64,000 bases of DNA from an uncultured Verrucomicrobiae bacterium (lineage in GTDB: Bacteria; Verrucomicrobiota; Verrucomicrobiia; Chthoniobacterales; JAFAMB01): assembly GCA_963762565.1 (NCBI GenBank), contig CAVXLD010000001.1, positions 1-64,000 on the forward strand, written 5' to 3'. Under the pieces are notes generated by a model. That model was not told where the DNA came from. It worked only from the letters and a program-made list of their open reading frames with translations, and ran no database searches. Below are positions 53,531 through 63,787 of the stretch, one piece after another (position 1 is the first letter of the stretch; each line of letters begins with the position of its first letter). A program made the position numbers and the translations under genes.

Positions 53531-54841
53531 TCAGGGCGCTCTCGGCGATGCCGGCGTTCCTTGGGGCAGGCGCTCTAACGCCGAGTCATGGCGAAGTGAG
53601 AGCACGATCACTAGTGCGACAATAGCGACTGCGGCCAGGATCAGTAGCCCATCAGTAAAGCTTCCAGTAGAGTCTTTGATCATCCCCATGACTGACGGCC
53701 CGAAGAAGCCGGCGAGATTTCCAATCGAATTGATAATCGCGATACCGCCGGCCGCCGCAGCGCCGGACAGGAAAGCCGTGGGTAACGTCCAGAATACCGG
53801 CAGACAGCCAAAAATGCCGAACCCAGCCACGCTGAACGCCACCATTTTCGCGGTCGGATCATTCAGAAAGGCGGCCGCGGCTAGTCCGGCGGCGGCGACG
53901 AAGATAGCGAAGCCGGTGTGAAAGCGCCGTTCGAGTTTTACGTCCGAGCGACGGCCCCACCATACGATGGCGACCACGCCCACGGCGTATGGGATAGCCG
54001 CGACGAAGCCGGTCTGGAGGTTGGACATGCCGAACGCTTTTACAATCTGCGGCAGGAAGAAGCTCAATCCGTAATTGGCCGCGACGGCGCCAAAATAGAC
54101 CAGGCTTAGCGCCAGAACGCGCGGGTTGAGCAAAGCCTGCAGCACGCTGTAGTGACGGGCGGCTTCGCGCTGCTGCTCCTCGGCTGCCAGCCGGTCAACC
54201 AGCCAGCGCCGCTCGTCGTCGGCCAGCCACTCAGCATCAACGGGCCTGTCGGTAAGATAGAACAGGACTACGACCGACAGCAGTAGGGCGGGCACTGCCT
54301 CTAAAATGAATAGCCATTGCCAGCCATGCATCCCGAAGACTCCATCCATCCCCAGAAGCGCGCTGGACACCGGCGCGCCCACGACGGTTGAAAGTGGGAT
54401 CGCCGCCATGAAATATCCGATAACCCGAGCACGATATGCCGCCGGAAACCACAGCGTTAGGTAGAAGATCATGCCGGGGAAGAAACCGGCTTCTGCCACG
54501 CCCAGTAAAAACCGGACCACATAAAACCAAGTCTCGTTTCCTACGAATGCCATCGCCCCAGACATAATGCCCCAGCTCACCATTATGCGCGCGATCCAGC
54601 GTCGGGCACCGAAATGCGCCAGCATCAAGTTGGACGGGACCTCAAAGACGCCATACGCCAGGAAAAAGATGCCAGCTCCCAGGCCATAGGCCGACGCCGA
54701 TAGTCCGAGGTCTTTATTCATCGTCAGCGCTGCGAAGCTGACGTTCACCCGGTCGAGATAAGCGACGAAGTAACAGAGAATCAGAAAGGGGACAAGGCGA
54801 ACAGATACCCTTGCCATCGTGCGTTGTTCGAGCGTGTCCAT
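53531..54841 (-). CDS. MFS transporter, anion:cation symporter (TtuB-like)
   Basis: YLDRVNVSFA, FEVPSNL, AEAGFFPG, WQWLFILE, NSIGNLAGF. Confidence 0.92.
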   Translation of the reverse strand: MDTLEQRTMARVSVRLVPFLILCYFVAYLDRVNVSFAALTMNKDLGLSASAYGLGAGIFFLAYGVFEVPSNLMLAHFGARRWIARIMVSWGIMSGAMAFVGNETWFYVVRFLLGVAEAGFFPGMIFYLTLWFPAAYRARVIGYFMAAIPLSTVVGAPVSSALLGMDGVFGMHGWQWLFILEAVPALLLSVVVLFYLTDRPVDAEWLADDERRWLVDRLAAEEQQREAARHYSVLQALLNPRVLALSLVYFGAVAANYGLSFFLPQIVKAFGMSNLQTGFVAAIPYAVGVVAIVWWGRRSDVKLERRFHTGFAIFVAAAGLAAAAFLNDPTAKMVAFSVAGFGIFGCLPVFWTLPTAFLSGAAAAGGIAIINSIGNLAGFFGPSVMGMIKDSTGSFTDGLLILAAVAIVALVIVLSLRHDSALERLPQGTPASPRAP

Positions 54842-55231
54842 TGGGGGGATCGTCGCCCTACCGCCCCTGACGAAGCGCTTCGTAGCGCAGTCCTAGGCAC
54901 TCCATCAACTCCCGAGGCTATTGTCAAGCGCCTTGCTTGCAGGGTCGACTAGCGTTCGGCGTTTGGCGTTTGGCGTTTGGCGTTCGGCGTTACGGGTCGG
55001 GGAACGCGAGCGTATCGTCATTGTGGCCGTACTTGGCGCCTACCAGTGCAGTTTCGGCTGCTTTGAGGAAGGGCTCGCAGTCGCAACAGATCCGCCCAGG
55101 TTTGAATCCCAAGAAGTGAGTTCTCGCTCACTTTTGCAAAAGGCGCACACACGGCCAGGACCGTCATTGGGAAGCCCGGTCTCGTAACTCGATTGCCTTT
55201 TCGCCCGCCAAATGCTGATTAACTAGCGGAG

Positions 55232-55840
55232 ATGATGGCTGCCCTTTGTTTATTGACCATTGTACTATTCCTCGTGGGAGTGCCGAATCTCTCTCAGGCG
55301 AGAATCGGAGATACGCTCCAGCAAGCAATCGAAAGGTACGGGAAAGTTGTGAACAAGGCGCCCGGGAATGAATTCGTGATGTTCAAGGAGGCGTCGTACT
55401 ATATCACAGCTCACCTTCATGACGATAAGACCGATGCGGTTACCTATGTGAAGACCGGATCCCAGTCCTCGGCTAAGAGCGCTTTTTCCGACGAAGAAAT
55501 TGAAATGCTTTTGAGGATCAATGGGAACGGTCAAACCTGGGAGCGTTCGCGCACAAAAGCGGGTGCGTACGAATGGAAGACAGAGGATAGAAAACTCCAG
55601 GCAGTTTACTCAGAGTCAAAGTTTCTGGTAATCACGACCGCCGGTTACTTGAAGCGGTTAGACGAAGCGGCAAAGAAAAAGAAAACGAGTAAGGAAGAGA
55701 ATAAGCAAAGAGCTTCGTCTGGTGGCCAGAAGAGCGGGACGGCCAGAAAACGGAGACTCAATCCAACTCCCAGAAAAAGCTCTCAAGCTTACCAGAGCGA
55801 GACCTACCTCCAGACCGGTACTTTTTCAAAATCAGGCTGA
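55232..55840 (+). CDS. Hypothetical exported protein with basic tail
   Basis: Signal-like N-terminus, ARIGDT..Q..ERYG start of mature domain. Confidence 0.7.
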   Translation: MMAALCLLTIVLFLVGVPNLSQARIGDTLQQAIERYGKVVNKAPGNEFVMFKEASYYITAHLHDDKTDAVTYVKTGSQSSAKSAFSDEEIEMLLRINGNGQTWERSRTKAGAYEWKTEDRKLQAVYSESKFLVITTAGYLKRLDEAAKKKKTSKEENKQRASSGGQKSGTARKRRLNPTPRKSSQAYQSETYLQTGTFSKSG

Positions 55841-55887
55841 GGGTTCTTTCGCGGCCGGCTTTGAACTCCTCCAACTCCTTCTTCGCT

Positions 55888-56151
55888 TCAGTTTCTTTTA
55901 GCGAGGGGGATGCCGACTCGTGCCTTCATGTTCGACGATCGGCAAAAATTCCGATCGGCGCAGACACTGGTGCTACTAGTCAAAACTCCTTCGAACAGGC
56001 TTTTGATTCCTGTCCATTGCGTCTCGGCCCTGGCCGGTAAATAGACTTGGCCGAATTCTTCAGGTTCGGCCAGAGTTTCCCGGACGTGCCGTTTCGCTGC
56101 TTCCAGCTCATAGCAAAGGAAAGCAAGCGTTTGCATAAAACTCCTTCCCAA
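55888..56151 (-). CDS. Possible small hypothetical protein
   Basis: Only ORF of plausible composition in the interval; no motif. Confidence 0.3.
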   Translation of the reverse strand: MGRSFMQTLAFLCYELEAAKRHVRETLAEPEEFGQVYLPARAETQWTGIKSLFEGVLTSSTSVCADRNFCRSSNMKARVGIPLAKRN

Positions 56152-56281
56152 CGGGCGGGCGCTCCGCTCACAGACTTATCGGACCGCCGGTCACCGTTGT
56201 TAAGGAAAAGTCTTCCAGGGGGTGCCGATCCTCCAATATATTAAAGCTTCAATGCTGATAGCTTTCGGCTATTGTCGGCTT

Positions 56282-57223
56282 GTGGAGCTCAGGCATCTAA
56301 AGTACTTCGTCGCCGTAGCTGAGGAATTGAATTTTGGCCGAGCCGCTCGCCGTGTCCATATCGCTCAACCGTCGTTATCCAAACAAATAAAACAACTCGA
56401 ACTAGAGTTAGGATTTCCGTTGTTTTACCGCACTAAGAAAAAGGTTGAGCTTTTAGAGGCGGGCTACGTCTTGCTCGATGAAGCGCAGCGGCTCCTGCGC
56501 CAGGCCGATAAAGCAATCCAGAGCACGCAAAGGGCACATGCCGGCCAAAGCGGAATTTTGACGATCGGCTTTAGCTCTTCCGCTGTACCAGAGGTTCTGC
56601 CCAGGATCCTGCGAAAATATCACGCTTTGTATCCCAGGGTCGTGGTCGATGTCCTGGAAACCATTACCATCAAACATGCGGAATCGTTACTCGAGAGCAC
56701 GATGAGTGTTGCCTTGATCCGATCGCCTACTTTTTTAAGCCGCGAGCAATTTTGTTTCGAGACCATCCAGCGCGAGCGTTTCGTGGTGGCCTTGCCAGAT
56801 TCACATCCGGCAGCAAACCAAGAGAGTATCCGGATCAAAACATTAGCGAATGAACCTTTGATTGTACCCCCTCGTCAGCCTGGATGGGGATACGCCGACT
56901 CTATTTTCCAGATTTTCCGGGACAATGGAATTGCGCCTCAGGTCGAAGAAGAAGCCAGCGGCGCTCTGGCGGTCATCACTTTGGTAGCGGGCGGGTTCGG
57001 CGTTGCCCTGGTTCCTGTTTCGCTCAGCAATTTACGTTTACCAGGAGTGACTTATCGGCCGATCAAAGGACAATGCCGGACCAGTGACCTGACCTTGGTC
57101 TGGAGACGTGACAGCCGCGTCTCGACGGTTCGAGGTTTTCTTGAGGTTGTTAGAAGAGAGTACCCCGGCGATCGCAGGCGAAACGGCGAAAGGGCGACGG
57201 GGCGAACCGGCGAAGGACTTTAG
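56282..57223 (+). CDS. LysR family regulator
   Basis: ELRHLKYFVAVAEELNFGRAARRVHIAQPSLSKQIKQLE; tail from 8-mer repeat. Confidence 0.95.
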   Translation: MELRHLKYFVAVAEELNFGRAARRVHIAQPSLSKQIKQLELELGFPLFYRTKKKVELLEAGYVLLDEAQRLLRQADKAIQSTQRAHAGQSGILTIGFSSSAVPEVLPRILRKYHALYPRVVVDVLETITIKHAESLLESTMSVALIRSPTFLSREQFCFETIQRERFVVALPDSHPAANQESIRIKTLANEPLIVPPRQPGWGYADSIFQIFRDNGIAPQVEEEASGALAVITLVAGGFGVALVPVSLSNLRLPGVTYRPIKGQCRTSDLTLVWRRDSRVSTVRGFLEVVRREYPGDRRRNGERATGRTGEGL

Positions 57224-57276
57224 CCGCTTCACGGCCCGCTCGTCGTTCCTGAACTCCTGCAACTCCTCGAACTCCT

Positions 57277-57579
57277 TTGAATAATATTTACGTCCAAATA
57301 ACCGCCACCTCGCACGCCTCCGGGCGCTCCAAATCGGTGGTGGTATTAGTCCCTCGAAACGCGATCGAAGAATACAAATCGAGGCATCACTCTACTAAAG
57401 GCGACGATGAGTCGGTTGCTACACGATTGGCTGAACCGTTGGCGAGCTATGTCTTCACGCATCGCTCCACTTTCGGCAGGTTCCGAGTAGCGCTTTCGTT
57501 CACGACCGAGCCTCCGCCTGAGATTGAGCAGGAAGCTCCCGAACTTACCCGAGGAGACTTGAAAGCATGGTTAGTGTAA
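57277..57579 (+). CDS. Hypothetical protein
   Basis: 100-aa ORF filling the interval, globular composition. Confidence 0.55.
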   Translation: MNNIYVQITATSHASGRSKSVVVLVPRNAIEEYKSRHHSTKGDDESVATRLAEPLASYVFTHRSTFGRFRVALSFTTEPPPEIEQEAPELTRGDLKAWLV

Positions 57580-57682
57580 TCAACGAGCGAAAGCGAAAGA
57601 GAACGAGCGAGAACGGCAAGACACGGTTTAATAGCTGTACCGTTCTCGATGGTACCTGCTCGTGCTTGCTGGTTCTCAGTCG

Positions 57683-58081
57683 TTAGACACCTGAATGAAT
57701 GCTACGAATCAGCCGGTCGATGCTCAGCTCATAGTCGCGCCGCCAGCGTACAAACCTGATCCGCTGTACGACCAGGTAAATCTCGAAGGCCACTTCGAAA
57801 AGTAGAATACTCAGCTCGGTAACTCGTTTCGGCATCGAAGTTCCCGGCCAGTTAACCAACGCGATGACCGCAGACACGATAACACATGACGTCACAATCG
57901 ACAGCGCGACGCTGTCAGGAAACATCATCTTAGGCCTGCGCAACCAGAACCACATGGCTCGTGAAAGCTCCCCATCGCTTGCTTCGACCAAATTGAGTTT
58001 GGTTAGTTCAGATAACAGAAAGGGGGGTGACTCTTCGTACTTCCAAACCGGTTCCGTGGTAAGGTCTCTCCATATCGTCAA
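57683..58081 (-). CDS. Hypothetical 2-TM protein (paralog of 62100..62468)
   Basis: RAMWFWLRRP - two hydrophobic segments - RFVRWRRDY. Confidence 0.7.
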   Translation of the reverse strand: MTIWRDLTTEPVWKYEESPPFLLSELTKLNLVEASDGELSRAMWFWLRRPKMMFPDSVALSIVTSCVIVSAVIALVNWPGTSMPKRVTELSILLFEVAFEIYLVVQRIRFVRWRRDYELSIDRLIRSIHSGV

Positions 58082-58126
58082 GAGACTGTCGTTTCGAACT
58101 TCTGCATGGGCATTCGGGTGAACGAA

Positions 58127-59251
58127 CTAACATTGCGCGTCCTCTGCGCTGGCTGGGCGTTTCAAACCCAGCTTTTCCATGCGGGAGATCAATGTCGTAG
58201 GCTTCACTCCTAGAAGCTCAGCCGCAGCGTTAGCTCCTTTGATTTTCCAACCGGTCTTCCGCAGAATTGCCAAAATGTTCTCTCGCTCGAGGCGACGTAT
58301 TTCTGTCTCGGTGAAATACTCAGGTTCGGGTGCGTCTGTGTCTTCCCATTTAGGAGGAGGCGCACTGGCTAGCGTTTCCGGCAGGTCAAACATCAGAGCA
58401 TCGCCTTGAGCAATGATTGCGCTTCGTTCGATAACGTTTCGCAGCTCTCTAACATTACCTGGCCAGCTATAGTCCTGCAAAGCTTTGATGCCCGCTGCGG
58501 TCAGTCTAGGTCTTCGGCACCCGAGTTCTTTCACGGCCAACTCGACAAACTGCGCGGCAAGCAGTGGAATGTCTTCCTTTCGCTCGCGCAGCGGGGCCGT
58601 CTCGATAGGAAAGATATTTAATCGATAGTACAGATCGTCTCGGAAACGACCGGCTGCGACCTCATTTTTGAGATCCCGGTTAGTTGCGGCGATGATTCGC
58701 ACATCCGCTCGCCGCGTTGTGTCTTCTCCCACTCTTTCGTAAGATTTCTCCTGTAGGACCCGCAGCAGTTTTCCCTGCAGTTTCAATGGGATCTCACCGA
58801 TCTCGTCTAGGAACAGGGTTCCCCCAGCTGCGGCTTCAAAGCGGCCCACCCGATCCCTGATCGCGCTCGTAAACGATCCTTTTGCATGACCAAACAACTC
58901 ACTTTCATACAATTCTGCGGGAATACAGGCGCAATTCACTCGAACCAACGGTTTATCTTTTCGCCGGCTCAGCCGATGAAGTTCCCGTGCGACCAACTCT
59001 TTTCCAGTACCGGTCTCGCCCAAAATTAAGACGGTCCCATCGGTCGGCGCTACGATCTCGATTTGTCGAATGAGTTGTCGCCAAACCCTGCTTTGACCAA
59101 TGATTTCGCCAGTTGCTTGTTTCGCAGAGCGAAGACTAACGTTCTGCGGACCGAGAGTTCTTGCATCGGTTTCTGCTTGATCCGAGTGGAAGAGGAATCG
59201 GTCAGTAAAAGTGCCTTCGTTGGTCATATGAAGTATCTCCTGTTTGTTCAT
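58127..59251 (-). CDS. Sigma54-interacting AAA+ activator (FhlA-like C-terminus) without sensor domain
   Basis: [38 protein letters not shown], Fis-type HTH. Confidence 0.9.
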   Translation of the reverse strand: MNKQEILHMTNEGTFTDRFLFHSDQAETDARTLGPQNVSLRSAKQATGEIIGQSRVWRQLIRQIEIVAPTDGTVLILGETGTGKELVARELHRLSRRKDKPLVRVNCACIPAELYESELFGHAKGSFTSAIRDRVGRFEAAAGGTLFLDEIGEIPLKLQGKLLRVLQEKSYERVGEDTTRRADVRIIAATNRDLKNEVAAGRFRDDLYYRLNIFPIETAPLRERKEDIPLLAAQFVELAVKELGCRRPRLTAAGIKALQDYSWPGNVRELRNVIERSAIIAQGDALMFDLPETLASAPPPKWEDTDAPEPEYFTETEIRRLERENILAILRKTGWKIKGANAAAELLGVKPTTLISRMEKLGLKRPASAEDAQC

Positions 59252-59309
59252 GAAAAGGGGTTAAACGAGTCGCTTTGCTGCGACTTGGTTTGAGGGGCGG
59301 ACGTTGCTT

Positions 59310-59326
59310 AAGCAACCGAGATGCCA
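59310..59326 (-). promoter_or_regulatory. Sigma54 -24/-12 promoter TGGCATCTCGGTTGCTT
   Basis: GG-N10-GC consensus match about 60 bp upstream of the 59251 start. Confidence 0.7.
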
Positions 59327-59462
59327 CGCGCTGACAGCGCGTTTTTAAAAGGTGTTCTGCCTGGGAAGCCAGGTTGATCCTCGCTTCGTATCGACTAACT
59401 GTGGTGTCCTATTTTCGGACGGTCGATTGGTGCGACCGCCCGAAATTCGGACGGCATGGGAC

Positions 59463-59820
59463 GTTCTCAGTTCACCGGCGCGGGTCACCGTTCGCGGAGC
59501 CCCACGGCCTGGAGGGGAGCCGCTTTTGTGTGTGCCTTACGACCTCGCGGTATTTGTTATATCGTGAGAGCTGACTCCAAACGTGAAAGCAAGCGGCTCC
59601 CGGGAATTACCCAGCGCGACGTTTTCACCCACCGCTTGATGGATTCGTCCTCTGCGCGACCGGTAGAACTGCACAGCGCTGGGCTATTCGCGGGAGCCGC
59701 CTGTTGAGCACACTGCTCAGCCGTGCTAATGACGGAGCAAGATCAGCCGTGGTTTTTAAGCACGCACCAAAGCGGCTCCCCTCCAGGCCTTGGGCTCCGG
59801 GACCACCGTGAACTGCGAAC
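59463..59820. repeat. Nested inverted repeat with GGAGGGGAGCCGC arms
   Basis: Outer 59463-59550/59747-59820, inner 59591-59618/59673-59702. Confidence 0.85.
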
Positions 59821-59822
59821 CC

Positions 59823-61750
59823 TTAATCTCGCCCAAGACCGTATTCCTCAAGCTTTCGATAAAGCGTTGAACGCGCGATACCGAGACGTTTCGCAGCTTC
59901 GGTCAAATTACCACCGGCCTCGGCCAGGGCAGCTTCAATCGCTGCACGCTCGCTTAGCTTGAGATTCGGCGACGCAGGGGAGCTTGACTGCTCAACCGGA
60001 ACTGAAACACCGGCTTGATTTGCCTGTTGGCGAACTTCCATTGGTATGTCATCGATGCCCAGCTGGTCTGAGTTGCCTAGCAAGATCATATTCTCAACCA
60101 CGTTACGGAGTTCGCGCACATTACCTGGCCAAGAATAAAGGCGAAAAATCCGTAACACATCGTGGTCAAACCGCGGCACCAGGCGTCCGAGTCTGATCGC
60201 GGCCTTACGGGCGAAATGTTGAGTAAGCGCAACAACGTCATCGCCGCGTTCGCGCAATGGTGGAATTTGCAGGCGCAAAACTGCGATCCGATAATAAAGG
60301 TCGCGCCGGAACCGCCCAGCCTCGGCCTCAGCCAACAGATCGCGGTTCGTCATAGATACCAGCCTGACTCGCACCGGACGCCCCTCGTTGCTGCCGATGC
60401 GATACACCACGCCATCCTCTAAGACGCGCAAAAGAAACGGTTGATGTTCGAGCGGCATCTCTCCGATCTCGTCCAGGCACAGCAGACCTCCATCAGCCGC
60501 CTCGATCTTGCCGGCCTGCCCCTGTTCTCTAGCCCCTGTAAAGGCACCTTTGGAGTAACCGAAGAGCTCGCTTCCAAACAGGTCTCGGGGTATGCCTCCG
60601 CAATTGACCGGTAAAAACGGACCGGAAGAGGTCGGACCCCCGCTATGGATAGCGCGGGCAAAAAGCTCCTTACCGACCCCAGTCTCTCCTTCGATAAGAA
60701 CCGGGGCGCCGGTGAGCGCGATTTTGCGGGCGCGCTCTTTAACCTCTTGCATAACCGCGCTGTCTCCAAAGATCTCGCCGAAATCGAGTAGCCGCTCTGT
60801 CAACGGTCGTTCTACTGTAGAGACCGTCGGCCGCCGCCTGTTGTGTAAGACTATGAGGGCGCCAATATGGCGGTTCTGATCGATCACGGCCTCCGTGCTG
60901 GCGCTTGGGAGCATTTCTTGCAACGCTGATGCCCATCCGGCTGCAGGTATACCTTTAAGAGAATTGATCCGTCCGCTGGATGCCAAGCCGGGATGATGCC
61001 GCTCAAGACTGTGTAATGCGCTTTCTCCTCCGTAAACTATCCTCCCGCGATGGTCGATCGCGACCACTTGTTCATTCGCCCACAGTGAACGCTTCTGCAG
61101 AAAGTTGCGTAGTAACCTCTCGTGTTCGTGGTTGATCGATTGCGCGATTGATCCCTCAATTTGGTGCCGAATGGCTACCGCAAAAGCAAGACTCTGAGGG
61201 TGAAATTCTCGCGCGGGTCCGGAGATATCAATCACGCCCAAAGGGTCGCCGTCTTCCGGATGCCAGATTGGCGTAGCCGCACAAGTCCAAACGCGAACGT
61301 CATTGCAGAAATGTTCGGCTCCCAGGATTTGCACCGGTTCCAACGATGCGATGGCTGTTCCAATGGCGTTTGTTCCAATGTCAGCCTCCGTCCAAAGGCT
61401 GCCCTGTTCAAGGTGAACAAGATGGCCAAAATCGATCGTGCGCGGGTCCCCGGCGTCTCGAGAACGAGGCCGGATGGATCCGTGAGAATCATCATCGAGT
61501 TCGCCTCGGCCAGAAAGAGGCGAGCTTGTCTCAGGGCGGGCCGAGCCGCTTCCACTAAACCCGAATGAGTGGAATGTCGCTCAACAAGTTCGGTCCCCAA
61601 CACCAGCGGCGCACTCTCGCGCTCGATAGGCACCCCATGATCTTGAGAACGCTGCCATGAGGAAACCACCACCGCCCTTACCGTCGAAGGTGTGGTACCA
61701 TCCTCAACAAACCCTTCCCTCGCCTTGCGGATTTCCTTCTCATTTGTCAT
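59823..61750 (-). CDS. GAF-containing sigma54 activator (AcoR-like), 1-nt frameshift near 61453 (probable error)
   Basis: SSWQRS; adding one G restores ETAGDPRTIDFG...GTNAIGTA; GETGVGKE, GAFTGA, Fis HTH. Confidence 0.9.
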
Positions 61751-62099
61751 GGGGAACCAATTTTGGAGCTTGCTTCACCTAAGGACCAACCATTCAGCAC
61801 TCGAGAGATCCTCCCTGAAGCCTCTTACCTGACAAGAGTTCGGATGAACTTCAAGCAGAGAGTAAGTTGTGGAGCGCGCCTCGCTTGCGAGGCCGACCTT
61901 GAGTGCGTGGCAACATTGAGCGTCGGGCTACGGCGGACAGGCTGTCGTCGAATTCGGCCAAACGGAGTGATGCCCACCCGCATCGCTACGCGAAGCGTTG
62001 CGGGCGGGGAGTACTGGAGTGTTGGAGTGCTGCACCTAGTCCGAATTGCCTCGCCCTGGTAATTCGGGACGACGGAGGAAGTCTGCTTGTGGCGAGATT

Positions 62100-62468
62100 T
62101 CAACGGCTTAGCCGGGCGACCGCCCGCAGATAATCCTTCTTCCAGCGTCGGTATCGTCTCTCCCTGAAATAGAAGACCCCTACGACCCAGATAACAAAAA
62201 GGATGTAAATCGAATGGAACAGGCAGAATAGCAGCGGAGAGCCTAGGATCAGAAAGGGTGTGTGGGCAATGGCTCCAACCCCGAGCAGCAACCCGTAAAC
62301 CAAGAAATTCATTCCGCGTGGACGCCGCTGCCAAAGCCACCAAGCACGTTGCCTCTCTTCTTCGGTCACCAAGGCCTTGTCAGCTGGCTTTTGCCGAAGA
62401 ATAGCATCCGGATCCAGGTCCGGGAAACCGTGGAAAGTCCAGGAATTCGAATCCGAGAATTTTGCCAT
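62100..62468 (-). CDS. Hypothetical 2-TM protein (paralog of 57683..58081)
   Basis: RAWWLWQRRP - two hydrophobic segments - RYRRWKKDY. Confidence 0.72.
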   Translation of the reverse strand: MAKFSDSNSWTFHGFPDLDPDAILRQKPADKALVTEEERQRAWWLWQRRPRGMNFLVYGLLLGVGAIAHTPFLILGSPLLFCLFHSIYILFVIWVVGVFYFRERRYRRWKKDYLRAVARLSR

Positions 62469-62493
62469 TACTTGAGCTCCAACCAGACAGAAA

Positions 62494-63120
62494 TCTCACG
62501 CAAAGGCGCAAAGACGCAAAGGAAAGACAGAAATAGATTCACAACAAGCTCATCAAGCGTTTCGTTCTCCCGACTTCGCTGGCTAGCAGGGCTTGCAGCT
62601 TACAGACCGCAAGCTACGTCGGGCAGGCTGTCCTGGTAACGAATTCGACCCGGTGAGGTGACGTCGATTTTGCGGACAGGTGTTCGCACAACCGAGTCGG
62701 AGGGGCGTTGCATTCCGTGTGGCAGTTCATGCGAACGTCGACGCCTGGGAGCGTCGCAGTTATGGCGTTCAGCTAGACGCGACGCCCCGAGGACCGAGCA
62801 CGCATTCAATCCCTTAGGCGCTGAACAACCCATGGTGTGCCGTGTGCATCAAAACTGGCTGCGGATGTTGTCATTAACGCGCATTGCGTCTCCTAAGGGC
62901 CCCCTCACCCCCAATATGTTGAACACGCCATAGGTACCGGGGCGTCGCATCTCTCCAAGCGTCACAACTGCCAGGCATTTCGCGCGTCGAGAGCCGTTGG
63001 AGCTGCTGCGCGGAATGCAACGCCCCTCCGACTCGGCGCTGCAAACACTTGTCCACATTTTCGACTCCACATCACTGCGCACTTTCGAGAACGAGGACGA
63101 CGACGAGGACGAGAACGAGC
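62494..63120. repeat. Composite repeat cluster: CGCAAAG 8-mers, loop-loaded hairpin, family D nested IR, hexamer run
   Basis: CCGAGTCGGAGGGGCGTTGCATTCCG (62692) inverted at 63011-63036; inner GACGCGACGCCCCG. Confidence 0.85.
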
Positions 63121-63126
63121 GCCGGG

Positions 63127-63720
63127 CTACGCCCGGCGGTGCCGGCGAGCGAAGGTTCTGCTTTTAGCCCGATTCCCACAAAAGTTCATCGAACACCAGC
63201 GGCGTTTACCGGGCCGGGATTCGTCGACGAATAACCCTCGACAGGTCGGGTCGGCGCACAGTTTGATTCGCACCGGAGGGGTTCGGGTTAGCAGGTCGAT
63301 CGCATCTCTTGCAATAGTGGCAAGCACTGGGGATAGGGTTCGCTCGCTTCTCCAATCTGCTGAGCGGCCATCGGGAGTCAGCTCCGGCACTAAAGTGCCT
63401 CGAGCCGCCCAGGAATTGATCGTGGCAACATCTTCCGACGAGGGTTTGCGCGATTGGCGCACGGCACAAGCTGCCCGATAAATTGCTTCTCGCAGGAGGC
63501 GCAGCGAAGCCAATTCGGGCGCCGAAATTCTAGCTGAAGCCGGCAAGAATCTGGCTTCCGCGCACCAGCGAACAAGGCTTTCCAAATCGGAAACCCGCTC
63601 CACCGGCTGCTCGGTTCCTCGATCCCCCAAAGTGGCGACTAAAGCGATACAAGGTCTGCGGCTGCCCAATCGAAATTGCATTGAACGGGGCCGGCCGGGC
63701 CTGATTTTGGGCTCACTCAT
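63127..63720 (-). CDS. ABATE/CGNR zinc-finger protein
   Basis: CADPTCRGLFVDESRPGKRRWCSMNFCGNRAK. Confidence 0.93.
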   Translation of the reverse strand: MSEPKIRPGRPRSMQFRLGSRRPCIALVATLGDRGTEQPVERVSDLESLVRWCAEARFLPASARISAPELASLRLLREAIYRAACAVRQSRKPSSEDVATINSWAARGTLVPELTPDGRSADWRSERTLSPVLATIARDAIDLLTRTPPVRIKLCADPTCRGLFVDESRPGKRRWCSMNFCGNRAKSRTFARRHRRA

Positions 63721-63723
63721 AAA

Positions 63724-63780
63724 AACCAGTATAAGCGGTTGACAACAAATTGCCAGTGAACTAACCACTATAAACGGTTA
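63724..63780. promoter_or_regulatory. Two copies of AACC-N9-GGTT, candidate CGNR-protein operator
   Basis: AACCAGTATAAGCGGTT (63724) and AACCACTATAAACGGTT (63763), 15/17 identical, between divergent genes. Confidence 0.55.
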
Positions 63781-63787
63781 TAATAAT

